Shown: positions 25,843-40,273 of the stretch, piece after piece
Layout of the letters: each line of letters starts with the position of its first letter
How positions within the stretch are numbered: the stretch's first letter is position 1
Assembly: GCA_964016885.1 (NCBI GenBank)
Contig: OZ024740.1
Location: forward strand, 334,986,001 to 335,050,000
Direction: 5' to 3'
Length of the DNA stretch: 64,000 nt
From: Eledone cirrhosa
Lineage: Eukaryota
Made by a program: the position numbers and the translations under genes
The notes under the pieces: generated by a model
Seen by the model: the letters and a program-made list of their open reading frames with translations, nothing else
What the model was told of the DNA's origin: nothing
Databases searched by the model: none

Positions 25843-26412
25843 GGAGGAACCCATACTTCTTTCACACGTCTTTTAGTTTTCGTCATCACTTCAGAGATGT
25901 AGCTGTATCATGCTTGGTCAAGTGCGGTTTGTGAGGCTATGTAACCCATAGTTAAAGTGAATGGCTATTGACTCTGAATAATTAATCCGCTCGTTTAACT
26001 CTTGTTCCTCGCATTTTGCTTACATTACTCACCAGATCAAAGTTTGGTGGCGGAGCCACTTTAGTCAGTGACCATTCCACCATGAAGCACATACATATAT
26101 ATACAGACATATATATGTTTACATATATATATATTCATTTACATATATATATGTGTATGTTTGTGTGTTTGTCTCAGAACAGGACCGAGGGAGTAGAGGT
26201 TACTGAAGATAGATATGCTAGTATTTCACGTCCTTACCCTAGTTAGGTGGGAAGTTATAACATGATCACAGCAAAACGTATCCCCACCAGTTGCTTATGT
26301 ATGTTTATTTCACATTAACATATAGTAAATGTTTCCACGTACGGTTCTATATCCATACAACTGTATCCATATATGTAAAATCACAAATATTCAAACATAG
26401 ATACAGCCGTAC

Positions 26413-27023
<611 letters not shown>

Positions 27024-27141
27024 ATATATTATGAAGATTGCTCAAGAATTCATACATATATCTAGCACCTCCGGTGTCTAATAATTAAATGGTTATTGAA
27101 ACCATATGACATAACTTTGTTATTTTCTTTGCATCATAAAA

Positions 27142-27687
27142 AGGGCGTTCAAATCCCGCCGAGGTCAACTTTGCCTTTCATCTTTACGGGGTCGATAAAA
27201 TAAAGTACCAGTAATACACTGGAATAATTGCTGGCCTTGTGCCAAGAATAGAAACAATTATAAAAAGGGCGGTGAATTACCAGCATCCGTAGAGGGTCGG
27301 ACATGCTTTCCAGCATAGTTATGTCCCTTTACGATTTGAGTTCAAATCCCGTTGAGTGTAACTTTGCCTTTCATCCTTACGGGGTTGATGAAATATTAAT
27401 AACTAAAATTAATTAAGGAATAATAATAAAACAAATGTGACGTGAACGTTCCGACCTAAATTATGATCTATGGTTTCTTATATAAACACAAGACCAGCAA
27501 TTTTAGGGAAGGGGAAAGTCGATAAATCGATCCCAGTGCGTGACTGGTACTTTATTTTATCGACCCCATAAGGATGAAATGCAAAGTTAACCGCGGCGGG
27601 ATTTGTACTCAGATCATAAAGGGCCGTAACTCTATGTTACAAAGCATGGCGTCCGACCCTCAACCGATACTGCCAATCCACCACGCT
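27142..27687. mobile_element. SINE cluster: two plus-strand copies (27142-27261, 27267-27392) and one minus-strand copy (27470-27687)
   Basis: Same B-box and tttcatcc..ggggtcgataaaataaagtaccag core in both orientations. Confidence 0.85.
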
Positions 27688-29775
27688 TACCTAAATTATA
27701 ATCTATGACAATGAATAATATGAGAACATCTCATAGTACCACTATAATCAGAAAAATAAACAGAAGCGCCATCCGATATTTCCGCAATTATCTATAGTAT
27801 AAACGGTAGTGGGAAAGACTCATTCTCTCCTATATACACATATACACACCAGGTCCAACAGAATGGAACCAGACTCCCACTGTCACTGCCACTGTCTCTT
27901 CGGCTCTCCTCATCTCTCACTATTGTGAGCAAATATGGTTCCACATGCTGGTTGCACCCCGGCCATGCCGGAATAGATACTACATTATCTATATTAATCA
28001 TGTATTATTTCAGTCATCTGCGTCGTTAGGGACTCATTAGCGTTATGTTAACGTATTCATCTTGCATCCGAATGATGCAGAGCTTGTTTCCTCGCAGGCG
28101 CTACTGTCAACTTTTATGGAATCCTGGCATATATCACCTGATTTTGTCAGCTATTATTTATATTGATCAACTGTTTTCAGTCATATACGTTTAAAACTTT
28201 CAAGCGTATAGTAGAAAATTAGTTCTTAAAGAATTACATCATAAATTATAAACCTAATTTTATATGATTAATGTTCTATTTTACCCATAATTTGGGGAAT
28301 TGGTATTCAGGACTCACGTTAGTGGAGAATATACACATATAGTTTCCAAGAAAAGGATAAAGAAAATGTTACAAGGAATTTAATCACTTTGAGGAATTGT
28401 GCAAATGTGTGAGATTAAATGGGAAATGGTTTAGATTAATACAGTTAAAATTGGAGAGTGAGTTGAATAGAATGTGAACATAATTCTCTCTGGATTCCTT
28501 AGATATTGCAATTCAGGTTGATATAGTTAATTACCCTGAGCCTGCATGGCAAAGTCGAAGATATAAGTACAAAGATTCCAGAAATCTGAAACAATTAATA
28601 TACATTCGAGTCTTTTTCCTTATTTTTTAGCAAATAATTTCTTCTGTAGTCGCAAGACTTCGGCTCATTTCAATTTTGCTATAATGAAGATGCACACAAG
28701 CAACAAATATTTCATTAGTAATTCGCTATCCTCTCACATGCTATTAATCACGACCACTAAATTCTCATTTATTATAAATCTTACAGCTAGCAGTTGTCAT
28801 TATATCATCATCGTTCTTCTCCCTTGTCAACAGTGAACGAACAAATGCAAAGAAATATCCTGAAATTTCATTAACATTACTCAATTCTATAAGTTTGATG
28901 TCTTTCCCAGAAAATCTATTTATACCTAATTTTGTTTATTTTGCTTTTTTGTTTTCAAGTTTATAAATGATGCACTTGTTTAGAAAATTAATCTCTTTTT
29001 TTTTTTCGTTACTATGGAAATCACTGCATAAGACCAGCAATGTTTGCTGTATTTAGAGAATGAAGTAATTTATATTAAGTTAACGCTACTTGAAGGAGTA
29101 TGTATATGGAGTTATCATTAAATAGTATGGAAGAACGTGTATGTATAAATACTAAATTGGAGAATTATCGGTGATGTGATTATCATGTGGTGATATATAT
29201 GAAATAATAGTTATGTGGAACACATAATAGAATAATATATTATATAAGGAATAATTATTAAATAGAGAGAATATGTATAAAGTAAACATGACGTGAGACA
29301 TGTATAAGTCATTGATAATTTGGTGAGGTGTATTTATTATATATATTAGTACATTTGATGAATAAAAGGAAAATTGAATAGAATTTGTACTTAGATAGTT
29401 TCAGTTAAGTTCCTAAGAATTTACATTTGCTAGGAATATTTTGTATTGTTTTAATAATAGCTCTGTCAAGCTTGATTTGGATAAAAACATGCTGCCCAAT
29501 TCAGGGATGAAACCTATGACATTATTATGATCGTAAGTATAGGAAATTATTGTTGATTGGAAGGAAAATAGGAAAACTATTTGTTTTGTGATAATCGTCC
29601 CCTAAAATCTTATGCAGAAACAATGTTCAACCGTAGAGAAATCACTGCATGAACCTAAACTTTAGAGACTTAAATATAATTTTGCATTAATATATTATGT
29701 AGACAAATTGTGTTTAAGTCGCGTTAAGACTCGCTTTTATTAATACATAGAGCTTCGAATGGTAAATAAACAACA

Positions 29776-29820
<45 letters not shown>

Positions 29821-29973
29821 TAAGATGTATGGTAGGACGTATGTGAATCGCGATGATCACGTCTGACTTACCAAATATGCGACGGTAGCTAGTTAAGCTC
29901 TATGCGTATACGCAGAGCAGAAATATTAGTGAAAAAGAACAAAGAAACTATTATGACATTATAACAAGTTTAT

Positions 29974-30020
29974 TGCCGACAGCCGTTTCGTCCGACCCCA
30001 TGGTGGGACTTATCAAGGCA
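29974..30020 (-). ncRNA. Minimal type-I hammerhead ribozyme motif, U3-A8 core variant
   Basis: Minus strand: tgcc-TTGATAA-gtcc cacc atgg ggtc ggac-GAAAC-ggct-GTC-ggca. Confidence 0.75.
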
Positions 30021-32305
30021 TATAACATGTGATTGCAAGATCATTGTATCACTCAAGGCTAGCAGTTTGAAATTGTTGTATACATCAGCAACTCCGCTTT
30101 AAGGGGGGCTCTTTTATATTAGTTGTCGGGGTCAGGGATTGAAGTTTAAAAATTAGACAAAAATATATAATTCACGCATCAACATTAAACCAAGAGACCT
30201 GGGGTCCCGTAGAAGCACCTCAGAAAATCCCTCAATGAGTGCATAAAGCTTACAGGCTCCAATACACCTATTAGTCTAGAAGAAAATTAAGAGGCTAATA
30301 AAATAAGAAAATAAAAATATAAAGTTTCCCTAAAAAATATATAGAGTTCCTATGAAATTTCTTCTAGAGAAAAAAAATTTTTCCGAAAGAAAAAAACCTT
30401 CTTCCCCCGAGATCACGTTTACAAAATTCAGAAAACTGCATTGAAAACTAGGTTGAAAGAAACTCATCAATTAGAGGTTAATTCAGAGAGCCTTCCATAA
30501 ATCTCTCAGAAAAGGCCCCCTTACTATTTCCAATAGGAACTTCTTCCGAGAGACCCTTCGAAGAATTAAAATTTTAGAGAGCCTTTGAGGATAAATATAA
30601 AAACGAATTGAGGAAAATTATACATTAAAAGTTAAAAATTAAAAATTACGGTATTTGGGATATCCGAGGAATTTTCAAAGGGCTGCTTCAACAGATACAA
30701 CCTAGGCATAATAGGTACAATAATCTAAGCAATTTAAGCAATTTAATTAGGGAGCAATTCAAGGAGTTTATCAAGTTGGGCAAGATTAAAGAAAGTGGTA
30801 ACTAAGAAAATACATAAGCAAAAAGACAATAATCATAAAATGTATCCTTAAGAAGGTACAAGGTAGCTTCAGTGATCTAACCCCGTATTATCACAAAAAA
30901 AAACATTCTAAAATTATTGATACAGGATTAAAAATGATTACAAAATCATTACAAAATTACCACAAAATCATTACAAAATTATCAAATCATCACAAAATTA
31001 CCACAAAATCATTACAAAACTATCAAATTATCATAAAATTATCGCAAAATTGTTACAAAATTATCATAAAATTATTGCAAAAATATAACAGGATGAACAT
31101 TACTGGTGACCGTGTGGGCGCGATATCCATTCTGCCCATGCAGTCCCCTGCACAGCTCCCGGCACGATATCCACTATGGGCAGAATGGATATCGCGCCCA
31201 CACGGTCACCAGTAATGTTCATCCTGTTATATTTTTGCAATAATTTTATGATAATTTTGTAATAATTTTGCGATAATTTTATGATAATTTGATAGTTTTG
31301 TAATGATTTTGTGGTAATTTTGTGATGATTTGATAATTTTGTAATGATTTTGTGGTAATTTTGTAATGATTTTGTAATCATTTTTAATCCTGTATCAATA
31401 ATTTTAGAATGTTTTTTTTGTGATAATACGGGGTTAGATCACTGAAGCTACCTTGTACCTTCTTAAAGATACATTTTATGATTATTGTCTTTTTGCTTAT
31501 GTATTTTCTTAGTTACCACTTTCTTTAAACTTGCCCAACTTGATAAACTCCTTGAATTGCTCCCTAATTAAATTGCTTAAATTGCTTAGATTATTGTACC
31601 TATTATGCCTAGGTTGTATCTGTTGAAGCAGCCCTTTGAAAATTCCTCGGATATCCCAAATACCGTAATTTTTAATTTTTAACTTTTAATGTATAATTTT
31701 CCTCAATTCGTTTTTATATTTATCCTCAAAGGCTCTCTAAAATTTTAATTCTTCGAAGGGTCTCTCGGAAGAAGTTCCTAATGGAAATAGTAAGGGGGTC
31801 TTTTCTAAGAGATGTATGGAAGGCTCTCTGAATTAACCTCTAATTGATGAGTTTCTTTCAACCTAGTTTTCAATGCAGTTTTCTGAATTTTGTAAACGTG
31901 ATCTCGAGGGAAGAAGGTTTTTTTCTTTCGGAAAAAAAATTTTTCCCTAGAAGAAATTTCATAGGAACTCTATATATTTTTTAGGGAAACTTTATATTTT
32001 TATTTTCTTATTTTATTAGCCTCTTAATTTTTTTCTAGACTAATAGGTGTATTGGAGCCTGTAAGCTTTATGCACTCATTGAGGGATTTTCTGAGGTGCT
32101 TCTACGGGACCCCAGGTCTCTTGGTTTAAAGTTGATGCGTGAATTATATATTTTTGTCTAATTTTTAAACTTCAATCACTGACCCCGACAACTAATATAA
32201 AAGAGCCCCCCTTAAAGCGGAGTTGCTGATGTATACAACAATTTCAAACTGCTAGCCTTGAGTGATACGTTGATGTAAACAATGATCTTGCAATCACATG
32301 TTATA

Positions 32306-32351
32306 TGCCTTGATAAGTCCCACCATGGGGTCGGACGAAACGCTGTCGGCA
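32306..32351 (+). ncRNA. Minimal type-I hammerhead ribozyme motif, U3-A8 variant (inverted copy)
   Basis: tgcc-TTGATAA-gtcc...ggac-GAAAC-gct-GTC-ggca, with a 1-nt deletion in loop 3. Confidence 0.7.
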
Positions 32352-32490
32352 ATAAACTTGTTATAATGTCATAATAGTTCCTTTGTTCTTTTTCACTAAT
32401 ATATATATATATATATATATATAATAACTAGAGATTGATTAACATATAAATAAACATGAATAATCACAGGAGATAATTTTTACAAGTGTG

Positions 32491-32531
<41 letters not shown>

Positions 32532-32625
32532 GTGGAACACTGGAAGGTAATATCCGTAGTGGTAGGGCACTCAGTCCAAGGGACGAGTTAGGTAGAAGTG
32601 GTTACACAACAGTTAGTTCACCATA

Positions 32626-32665
32626 CCGAGAACAATTGTTTCACCTTCGTGGATCTTCAGCTCGG
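32626..32665 (-). ncRNA. Minimal type-I hammerhead ribozyme motif
   Basis: Minus strand: ccgag-CTGAAGA-t cc acgaa gg t-GAAAC-aatt-GTT-ctcgg. Confidence 0.75.
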
Positions 32666-34558
32666 GATGTGTATGGTTATAGGAACAGGAAGGACAACCG
32701 TACGAATGCGCATGCGCAGAAACTCGGTCACTTCACACAGGCAATACTAGACTGCGTGCGGGGGGTGTAAGGGAGATAACTGCGAAAGTCCGGAAAGTTT
32801 TTTGGTTGAAAATAAAATTTAAAAAATTAAAAATAAAATTACAAAGAATCAGTCCGAAGCCTTGTAGTTATGCAATAGATGTTTGGTGACGTGTGAAAAA
32901 TTCACTTCTCGTGTTTAGTCAATCACTATTGCGTAACTCTTTAGGATAGTTATTCATTACTCAATACATAAGCCACACGTCGGATTTCCCCTTGTGTATA
33001 GCTTGGACTTAGTGATGGCTTTCCATTGAATGGAGTAGCTCAGAGACCCTGCTAAACAAAGCGTTTGACTTCGCTACCACTTATACCACCGTCTACGGTT
33101 TAGACAGGGAAATCATCCCTCACTGCCGGAAAATCCTCCTCTTCAACGACGGAGTAGCCTGGGCATAGAAGTCTACATCTTCAGACCTGTTCGACGTCTC
33201 CATGGGATCGTTTGACAGTGCTGACGTATGTGACTTGGTTGGCCTTTTTATCTTAGAGATATTACGTGTTAGATTCCCGGACTTCCACACGGGAATATAC
33301 CGTGACGATGGACTGACTTTATCGAGCCATAAAAGTGGTCACGACCTCGACCGGTTTAAAAAAGACTTAGCTTCTACCTTCAAAGAGTTAGGCCTTAGGA
33401 TAACAATAGCCACCAACCTCTCTGGCGTAGATTTCTTAGACATTAATTTAGACCCTCGCACAGACACCAACAGACCCTTCCATAAGCTAAACAAGAAACT
33501 TAATTACATTCTCAAGGACTCATGCCACCCTCCCACTGTTTTTAGAAACTTCGTTAAGAATATCAGCACTAGAATCTCAAACCTCTCCTCTAATAAGGCT
33601 ATCTTTAACAGGGCGGCACCCTACTATAACATGGCGTTGGCTAACAGCGGCTTCTCACAACCTATCACCTACTCTCCCACTAGCAACAACACCATTAAGA
33701 AAGGTAAGCGCATCAATAGACAAACTATCAGGTCCTTTCCTCCCTTCTCACACAACGTTAAAACCAATGTAGGAAAAGAATTACTAGCCCTCTTAGATAG
33801 ACACTTCCACATAGGTCATAAATACCGCTCCATCTTTAACCGACACAAAGTTAAACTAGGATACTCCTGCGCTAAGAACATGAAGGCCCACATCACCAGC
33901 AGACCTAGGAGCAACACCCCACCAGGGTGCTCTTGCCGTAAGCCCGAATCTTGCCCCCTTCAACAACAATGCAACACACCAGCTGTAATCTATGAAGCTG
34001 TGGTCACTTCGAACATACCAAACGAACGACAGGAGGTCAAATCCTATGTGGGCATGGCGGAGGGCCGATTCAAGGAGCGTTTCCTGGACCAGCAGTCTAC
34101 CTTAAGATACCCGGACAGACGTTCCTCCACGAAACTCGCGAGCCACCTATGGTCCCTCAAGGACTCAAGTATAGACTACTCCATTCAATGGAAAGCCATC
34201 ACTAAGTCCAAGCCATACGCAAGGGGAAATCCGACGTGTGGCTTATGTATTGACGAACGAATACCTCTCCTAAAGAGATTACGCAATAGTGATTGCCTAA
34301 ACACGAGAAGTGAATTTTTCACACGTTGTCCACAAGTCACCAAACATCTATTGCATAACTACAAGGCTCCGGACTGATTCTTTGTAATTTTATTTTTAAT
34401 TTTTTTATTTTATTTTCAACCAAAAAACTTTCCGGACTTTCGCAGTTATTTCCCTTACATCCCCGCACGCAGTCTAGTATTGCCTGTGTGAAGTGACCGA
34501 GTTTCTGCGCATGCGCGTTCGTACGGTTGTCCTTCCTGTTCCTATAACCATACACATC

Positions 34559-34598
34559 CCGAGCTGAAGATGCGCGAAGGTGAAACAATTGTTCTCGG
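34559..34598 (+). ncRNA. Minimal type-I hammerhead ribozyme motif in the 3' pLTR
   Basis: ccgag-CTGAAGA-tgcgcgaaggt-GAAAC-aatt-GTT-ctcgg; palindromic ACAATTGT helix/loop 3; helix II weakened. Confidence 0.7.
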
Positions 34599-34627
34599 TA
34601 TGGTGAACTAACTGTTGTGTAACCGCT

Positions 34628-34669
<42 letters not shown>

Positions 34670-35069
34670 ACTAGACTGTGTGAATATGTATTTTCATATA
34701 CACATAATCTTTTCTTATAAAGACATGGTGTAGACATAGCAATTATATGTATTTCCTTATGTTGCAGTACAAAGAATACTAGTGGACATTTGCATCAAAA
34801 CCTCCCAAATTTCTAAATGTACCTCGCTGGATATAGTAGATTGAGTGGGAAAACGGCATTTACACTATTTCGCACTAAGCTGCACTACTTAAATTATTAT
34901 TTCTCATCTGTATATATAATTGTTGATGAAATTAAATATTTCCAGTCAGCGTCGAATTGGGAATCACATAAATATAAAATTCAAACGTAACATAGGTCAC
35001 ACACTATCAAGTACTTACAGGTGTAACAGTACAAATATGCAACACATCGTAAATGTTCAGCGTATAAAT

Positions 35070-35365
35070 CAGGGTCTCCAACCTCCGGCCCGCGAGCCAA
35101 ATCCGGGCCGCGAAGTGTTTTAATCTGGCCCGCGAAGGCCTTTATCCTGCCCGCGAGGGTTCTAAAAAGGGTACAGTTTGCAATAAATTCGCACACGATC
35201 TATCGAAATTGTCGAATAAAAACAATGTTTAAATGCATTTTTCTGCTTGGGACAGCTCTAAGTATCAATATTGAATTTTGTTTCAAATCTAACATAAGGG
35301 ATAAATAAATGATTACTTATTTATATATAAATAGTATTAATTGCGCATCCGGCCCGCGGACCCAA
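35070..35365 (+). mobile_element. hAT (Charlie-like) DNA transposon or MITE left-end remnant
   Basis: cagggtctccaacctccggcccgcgagccaaatccgggccgcg...tggcccgcg resembles hAT-Charlie termini with repeated GGCCCGCG subterminal motifs; no right TIR seen. Confidence 0.55.
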
Positions 35366-35952
35366 AAGGTATAAATCTTTAATATTGTATCTGTCGGAAT
35401 TCTGGCGAACTAGCTTTGTTTCTTTGTTTAAAAGATACATATAATTTACGGGAATATTTCCCCTATTAAATGGAACATATAACACATGTATATGTTTTAT
35501 TTTTAATTAAATGAAAATATGGGTACTTTCACTCTCATAAGTTTTATGAAAATATGCGTACCTTCATTCGCATTTAGTTTTATGCTTATTAAGTTGAAGT
35601 TTTTTAGTTAAAATATAATAGAAAATGCCAAACGGAATTCTCACTGAATTACGTTTAGTGAAATCGATTTAAGATTTTATATTACTTAAGTATATCATTT
35701 GACTGATTTGATTTGCATTGTTTCACTTTTGACGTCCATACGTCTAGTTCTCAAAACCTTCAGTAATACAATGACAGAGTTGGAGTGGAAAAAAAAGTGT
35801 TCGCTAGGAAAATTAAATCCACATCTATCAGATAAAACTATTCCTTTAAGCAAAGCTGAAGATTTGCATATATCAAATTAATTTCATCAAATATCCGAAA
35901 CGTAATAATTCAGGTATCTTAGTCGATAAATTAAGGCTGGAGAGAGGGATAG

Positions 35953-36003
<51 letters not shown>

Positions 36004-36757
36004 AGAGAGCGAGAGAAATTAATCGGGGAAGCAGTTAAGACGGCTTCATTTTGATATTCTTATTAGATAAACTAATTCATTACATATGATAAAGTATAAG
36101 AAAGTTCACGTTCGAGGATTTTGTGATATGTCTAAGAAACAAATATGTATTATATAATTCCATAAAAGAACAGAATCTATGTAAAGTAGGATATAATAGG
36201 TAGTAAGCACAAACAATACTTTGTTATGCAATATCACAAAAAAGAGTTCACGACTGAATTACCGAAGGCAGATATATTTATCTCCCACATGATCCGCAAA
36301 TTCAAGCAAATGAACACATTGAAGCATTATGCATAGAAAAATTCACAAGCATTGCATGGCCTGAGTAAGAAAAAATAATACCCTCGTCAGCAGACTTTTT
36401 AAATAGTTATACTGCATAAAAATTATATTATAGTAAAAAATATATAATGACTCTTCTCTATGTACATAATATTTACTAACATCTCTACCCCATTTCCGCA
36501 GCAGATCGATGTTCACTAAAATTTTCTATTAAAAACGAAAGGTTCCAAATAGGAAATCAATCATTATTCACCGTTCATCTTTTTCTAATAATTTCTCACG
36601 TCGTATCGATTCAACACAACCGCCTTCATCTTCCCTGTAATTATGCTTCACTTGTTCTATAATTATTCATGCACCAGAACACACATGCGTGCACACACAA
36701 ACACACATACATGTATACACACATATACATATACGTACATATATACATACATATTTG

Positions 36758-36809
<52 letters not shown>

Positions 36810-36914
36810 TATATGTATATACGATGGGTGCGCCTGAATATAGATATACTGGTTTGTTTCGTACGTTTTACGATTATACGCACACACTCAGACACACACA
36901 CATATGTATATAAC

Positions 36915-36945
<31 letters not shown>

Positions 36946-37098
36946 GTCACTTAATAATACGATATATATATGAATATATATCCGTGTAAGCGAGTGTATG
37001 TGTGAATAAACAAGCTACATATGCATGAATAGTAAGCAGATAGAGAACCGCCTAGAGTCTAGTGTTCTTACAGGTAAAGTCACATGTCTACCACTAAC

Positions 37099-37199
<101 letters not shown>

Positions 37200-37463
37200 C
37201 GTTTCTGAATTTGTTTAGCAAGATTTTTATCTGGAATCGTGTGTTGAAACCGATATTGTTATACTTTGGGAATGTGTGACGAAAGGACTATGACTATATA
37301 TATAAACAACTATCTGGTTGTGGAACCAACCAACCAACCAGAAATTTATAAGTTTGTAGATTTGTAAATTTGTAAATTTATAAATTTATAAATATATAAT
37401 AAATTGAAGTGAAAGGATCTGGTGCGTGTGTTTCTTATTGGCAACATGACCCTCCCAAAGTAT

Positions 37464-37496
<33 letters not shown>

Positions 37497-37498
<2 letters not shown>

Positions 37499-39390
37499 GA
37501 AAAATGGTCGCGCATGCAATAGGGGCTAGTATTAAAACTACGCTAAAGGGCCACATATTCAAATTCAACGAGAAGATCTACACCCAAATTGGAGGAGCAG
37601 CCATTGGCGTCAGCATAGCTGATGATGTTTTTATGACATTTTTATTGTATGGTGGGAAAGGAAACTCAAAGATCTGCTTGATGAGAGCTCCATAGACCTC
37701 ATCATGTATTCTCGTTACGTAGAAGACTAATATTAATATAGTAATAAGGACATCCCCACAATAGAGTACTAAAAAGTAGGATTTAGAATGTAGCACAATG
37801 GAAAGCATCAAGCAGATAGCTAATTCCATCCCTAGAGTATAACTGTAACTATCGACTACACTTCCAAACACCCTATCAGTAGATTACCTGTATTAGACAC
37901 GGAACTCTGGATTAACACTATAGAAGAGAGGGCCCAAATTCTCCACTCACACTACGCTAAACCCATGGCCTCCAAATACCTGATACTCAAAGTATTGCTA
38001 AGTTTAATATTCTGATCGCAGACTTGGTTCGAGTGATGAAGAACGTGTCCCGCATGTGCGACCCAACAAAAATTGGAAAGACACATCCAACATTTCATCA
38101 ACCGCATGCGGTTCTCTGGCTTCAACCAAAGAGACAGAATCAGAGTATACGAAGGAGCCGCGGAGAAGTATAAGACCCTCATAGAACTGGACATGAAAAG
38201 AATTTGCCCATTATACAGGAGCAAATCATGGAATAGCTTAGATAGGACTAAACATAAGATAGGGAAATCCATCTCATGGTACGACAACCAGAGATAAGAG
38301 AGTGGCATGTTCGTGGACGCTACCCCTGGAGGGAAATTAGCTAACCAGTGTAGCTCTGAGAAAAACCCACTTAAAGATTAAGGTGTTAGAAAAGCCAGGA
38401 ACTACCATAAAATCCCTGATCAGCAAAACACCCTTTTTAGAAAACCCACTGTACTAATGGGAAATGTAGTATATGTAAAGTAAACCCCCGGATAAACTGT
38501 AAAACTAGAAATGTAGTCTAAAACATAATATGTACAGAATGTACTTGCAGAAACATGACAACAACATACATAGGCGAGACAGCTCGTAGCATAGGTGAAA
38601 GGATAGACTGGGGGGAACTAAACGGACGAAAAAACGGTTCAGTACTATACGAACACGCCAGACAACAACATGACGGTAACATAGACAACATAGAAATTAA
38701 AATAATATCTAAATATAGAAATGACCCAGCAGATAGGCAAATCAGAGAGGCAAGTGAAATAGAACTTAGAAGGCAAAAACTAAACAGAAAAAATGAATGG
38801 AATAACAACAACACCCGAACAAACAATACTGACCTAAGAGAAATATAAATAAATAAATAAATAGATAAATAAATATATAAATATATACACAAGCCCAATG
38901 ACAACAAACAAATATAAGCACACACTAGTAAACTAAGATAGATTACAATAACCAATACACAGTCACCCAAACGCGAACACACACCAAACACTATACACAC
39001 ACGCAAACGCATGCGCAGAGGAGAAGACAAACATAAATAAATAAATAAATAAATAAAAAGATTAAATACAGATGGCGTAAATATACAATACAACAGGAGG
39101 AACATAATAGTTCCACTGACGATGTTACAGATGTGCAACGAAAGAACTTTGTTAGACAATATATATGTGTTTATATCTATATTATATCTGTATTTTTGAC
39201 CGTGAATGGTAAACATTGAGGACCGAATGAATTAACTGATATAAAAGATATGGAAGCGAAAACCAACCAAACAGTGAGTGTGTTATGTTATTAATTGTGG
39301 AAATAGTATTACAACAATATGACCCTCCCCAAGTATAATAATATTTGTTTCGACACACCATTTCATATAATAAATCTCGCAAAACAAATA
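37497..39390 (+). mobile_element. Decayed Penelope-like element (Neptune/Nematis-like Cys linker), TA-flanked
   Basis: HIFKFNEKIYTQIGGAAIG (RT motif B), PVLDTELW, HYAKPMAS, RMRFSGF, CTNGKCSIC..NCKTRNVV, YIGETARSIGER..SVLYEHA..H..DPADRQIREA..LNRKNEW; degenerate HHR (CTGACGA..GAAA) at about 39110-39157. Confidence 0.85.
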
Positions 39391-39415
39391 TATATATATA
39401 TATATATTTGTTTTG

Positions 39416-39487
<72 letters not shown>

Positions 39488-39615
39488 GTGTGTGTGTGTG
39501 TATATACAAAACTTGCATTCATATACACACATATATGTGTGTGTGTGTGTGTTACTATGTTTATACATACATGCTTACATACACACATGCAGTACAAACA
39601 CACATACACAACGGC

Positions 39616-39693
39616 ATACATACATACATACATACATACATACATACATACATACATACATACATACATACATACATACATACATACATACAT
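39616..39693. repeat. (CATA)n microsatellite
   Basis: Seen directly. Confidence 0.98.
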
Positions 39694-40103
39694 AGTGAGA
39701 GCTGGAGGTGAGAGATATTTTTGTGTATATGTGTTCATAATATATGTGTTCATATTTTCAGACGGCGTTCATAATTGGTAACATTAAACTTTGAAATCCT
39801 TTCTGAAATATTCTGCAAATGAATCCTATACAATCCTCAATTTTATCCAGTGCTCATTCATTTTATGTTTGAACACACTCTGTAGAAACACACACACATA
39901 AAACACAAACAATGCCGATATTTTCATATATCTATACGTATATATACACACGTATATCTATATAAATGTACACACCCATTATTCCGTACACATTCGATGA
40001 ATAAAATCACACGATTTTTTCAAGAATCAAAGATATTATTTACTGGGTGTTCAGTCAGAAAATAATTTTTTGAGAAATATACCACTTCTTTTTTATGTAG
40101 CAG

Positions 40104-40134
<31 letters not shown>

Positions 40135-40194
40135 TTTTTTTTTAGGGGGGGGGGGCACGTGTTATGCTTGCTGGTTTAACGTCATATAAATACA

Positions 40195-40273
<79 letters not shown>

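Larger units (their letters stand above)
29819..32403. mobile_element. About 2.5-kb non-coding palindromic element (two arms of about 1.22 kb, 36-nt spacer) with a hammerhead near each outer end and a one-sided 100-nt tail, in (TA)n
   Basis: ~29922-31139 is the reverse complement of 31176-~32403, with scattered substitutions and a 12-nt indel; tail at 29819-29921. Confidence 0.9.
32528..34628 (+). mobile_element. Second Hydra-clade-like PLE family: 5'-truncated RT-EN copy (33041-34628, plus) with an inverted 3' end and tail (32528-33040, minus)
   Basis: ORF 33202-34377: MGSFDSADVCDLVGLFIL, GIYRDDGL, DFLDINL, CSCxxxxxCPLQQQC, VIYEA..YVGMAEGRFKER, CGLC..E...LNTRSE...C; 32599-33040 is the reverse complement of ~34178-34625. 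Confidence 0.9.

Noticed and set aside
30934-31381. Two near-identical opposite-strand 93-aa ORFs (MITKSLQNYHK...)
   Set aside because: They result from the palindrome plus an A-rich minisatellite; no domain signal.
29922-32403. Palindromes as sequencing or assembly fold-back artefacts
   Set aside because: The arms differ by substitutions and indels, carry one-sided tails and end at consistent family-specific points. Long reads would still be the formal test.
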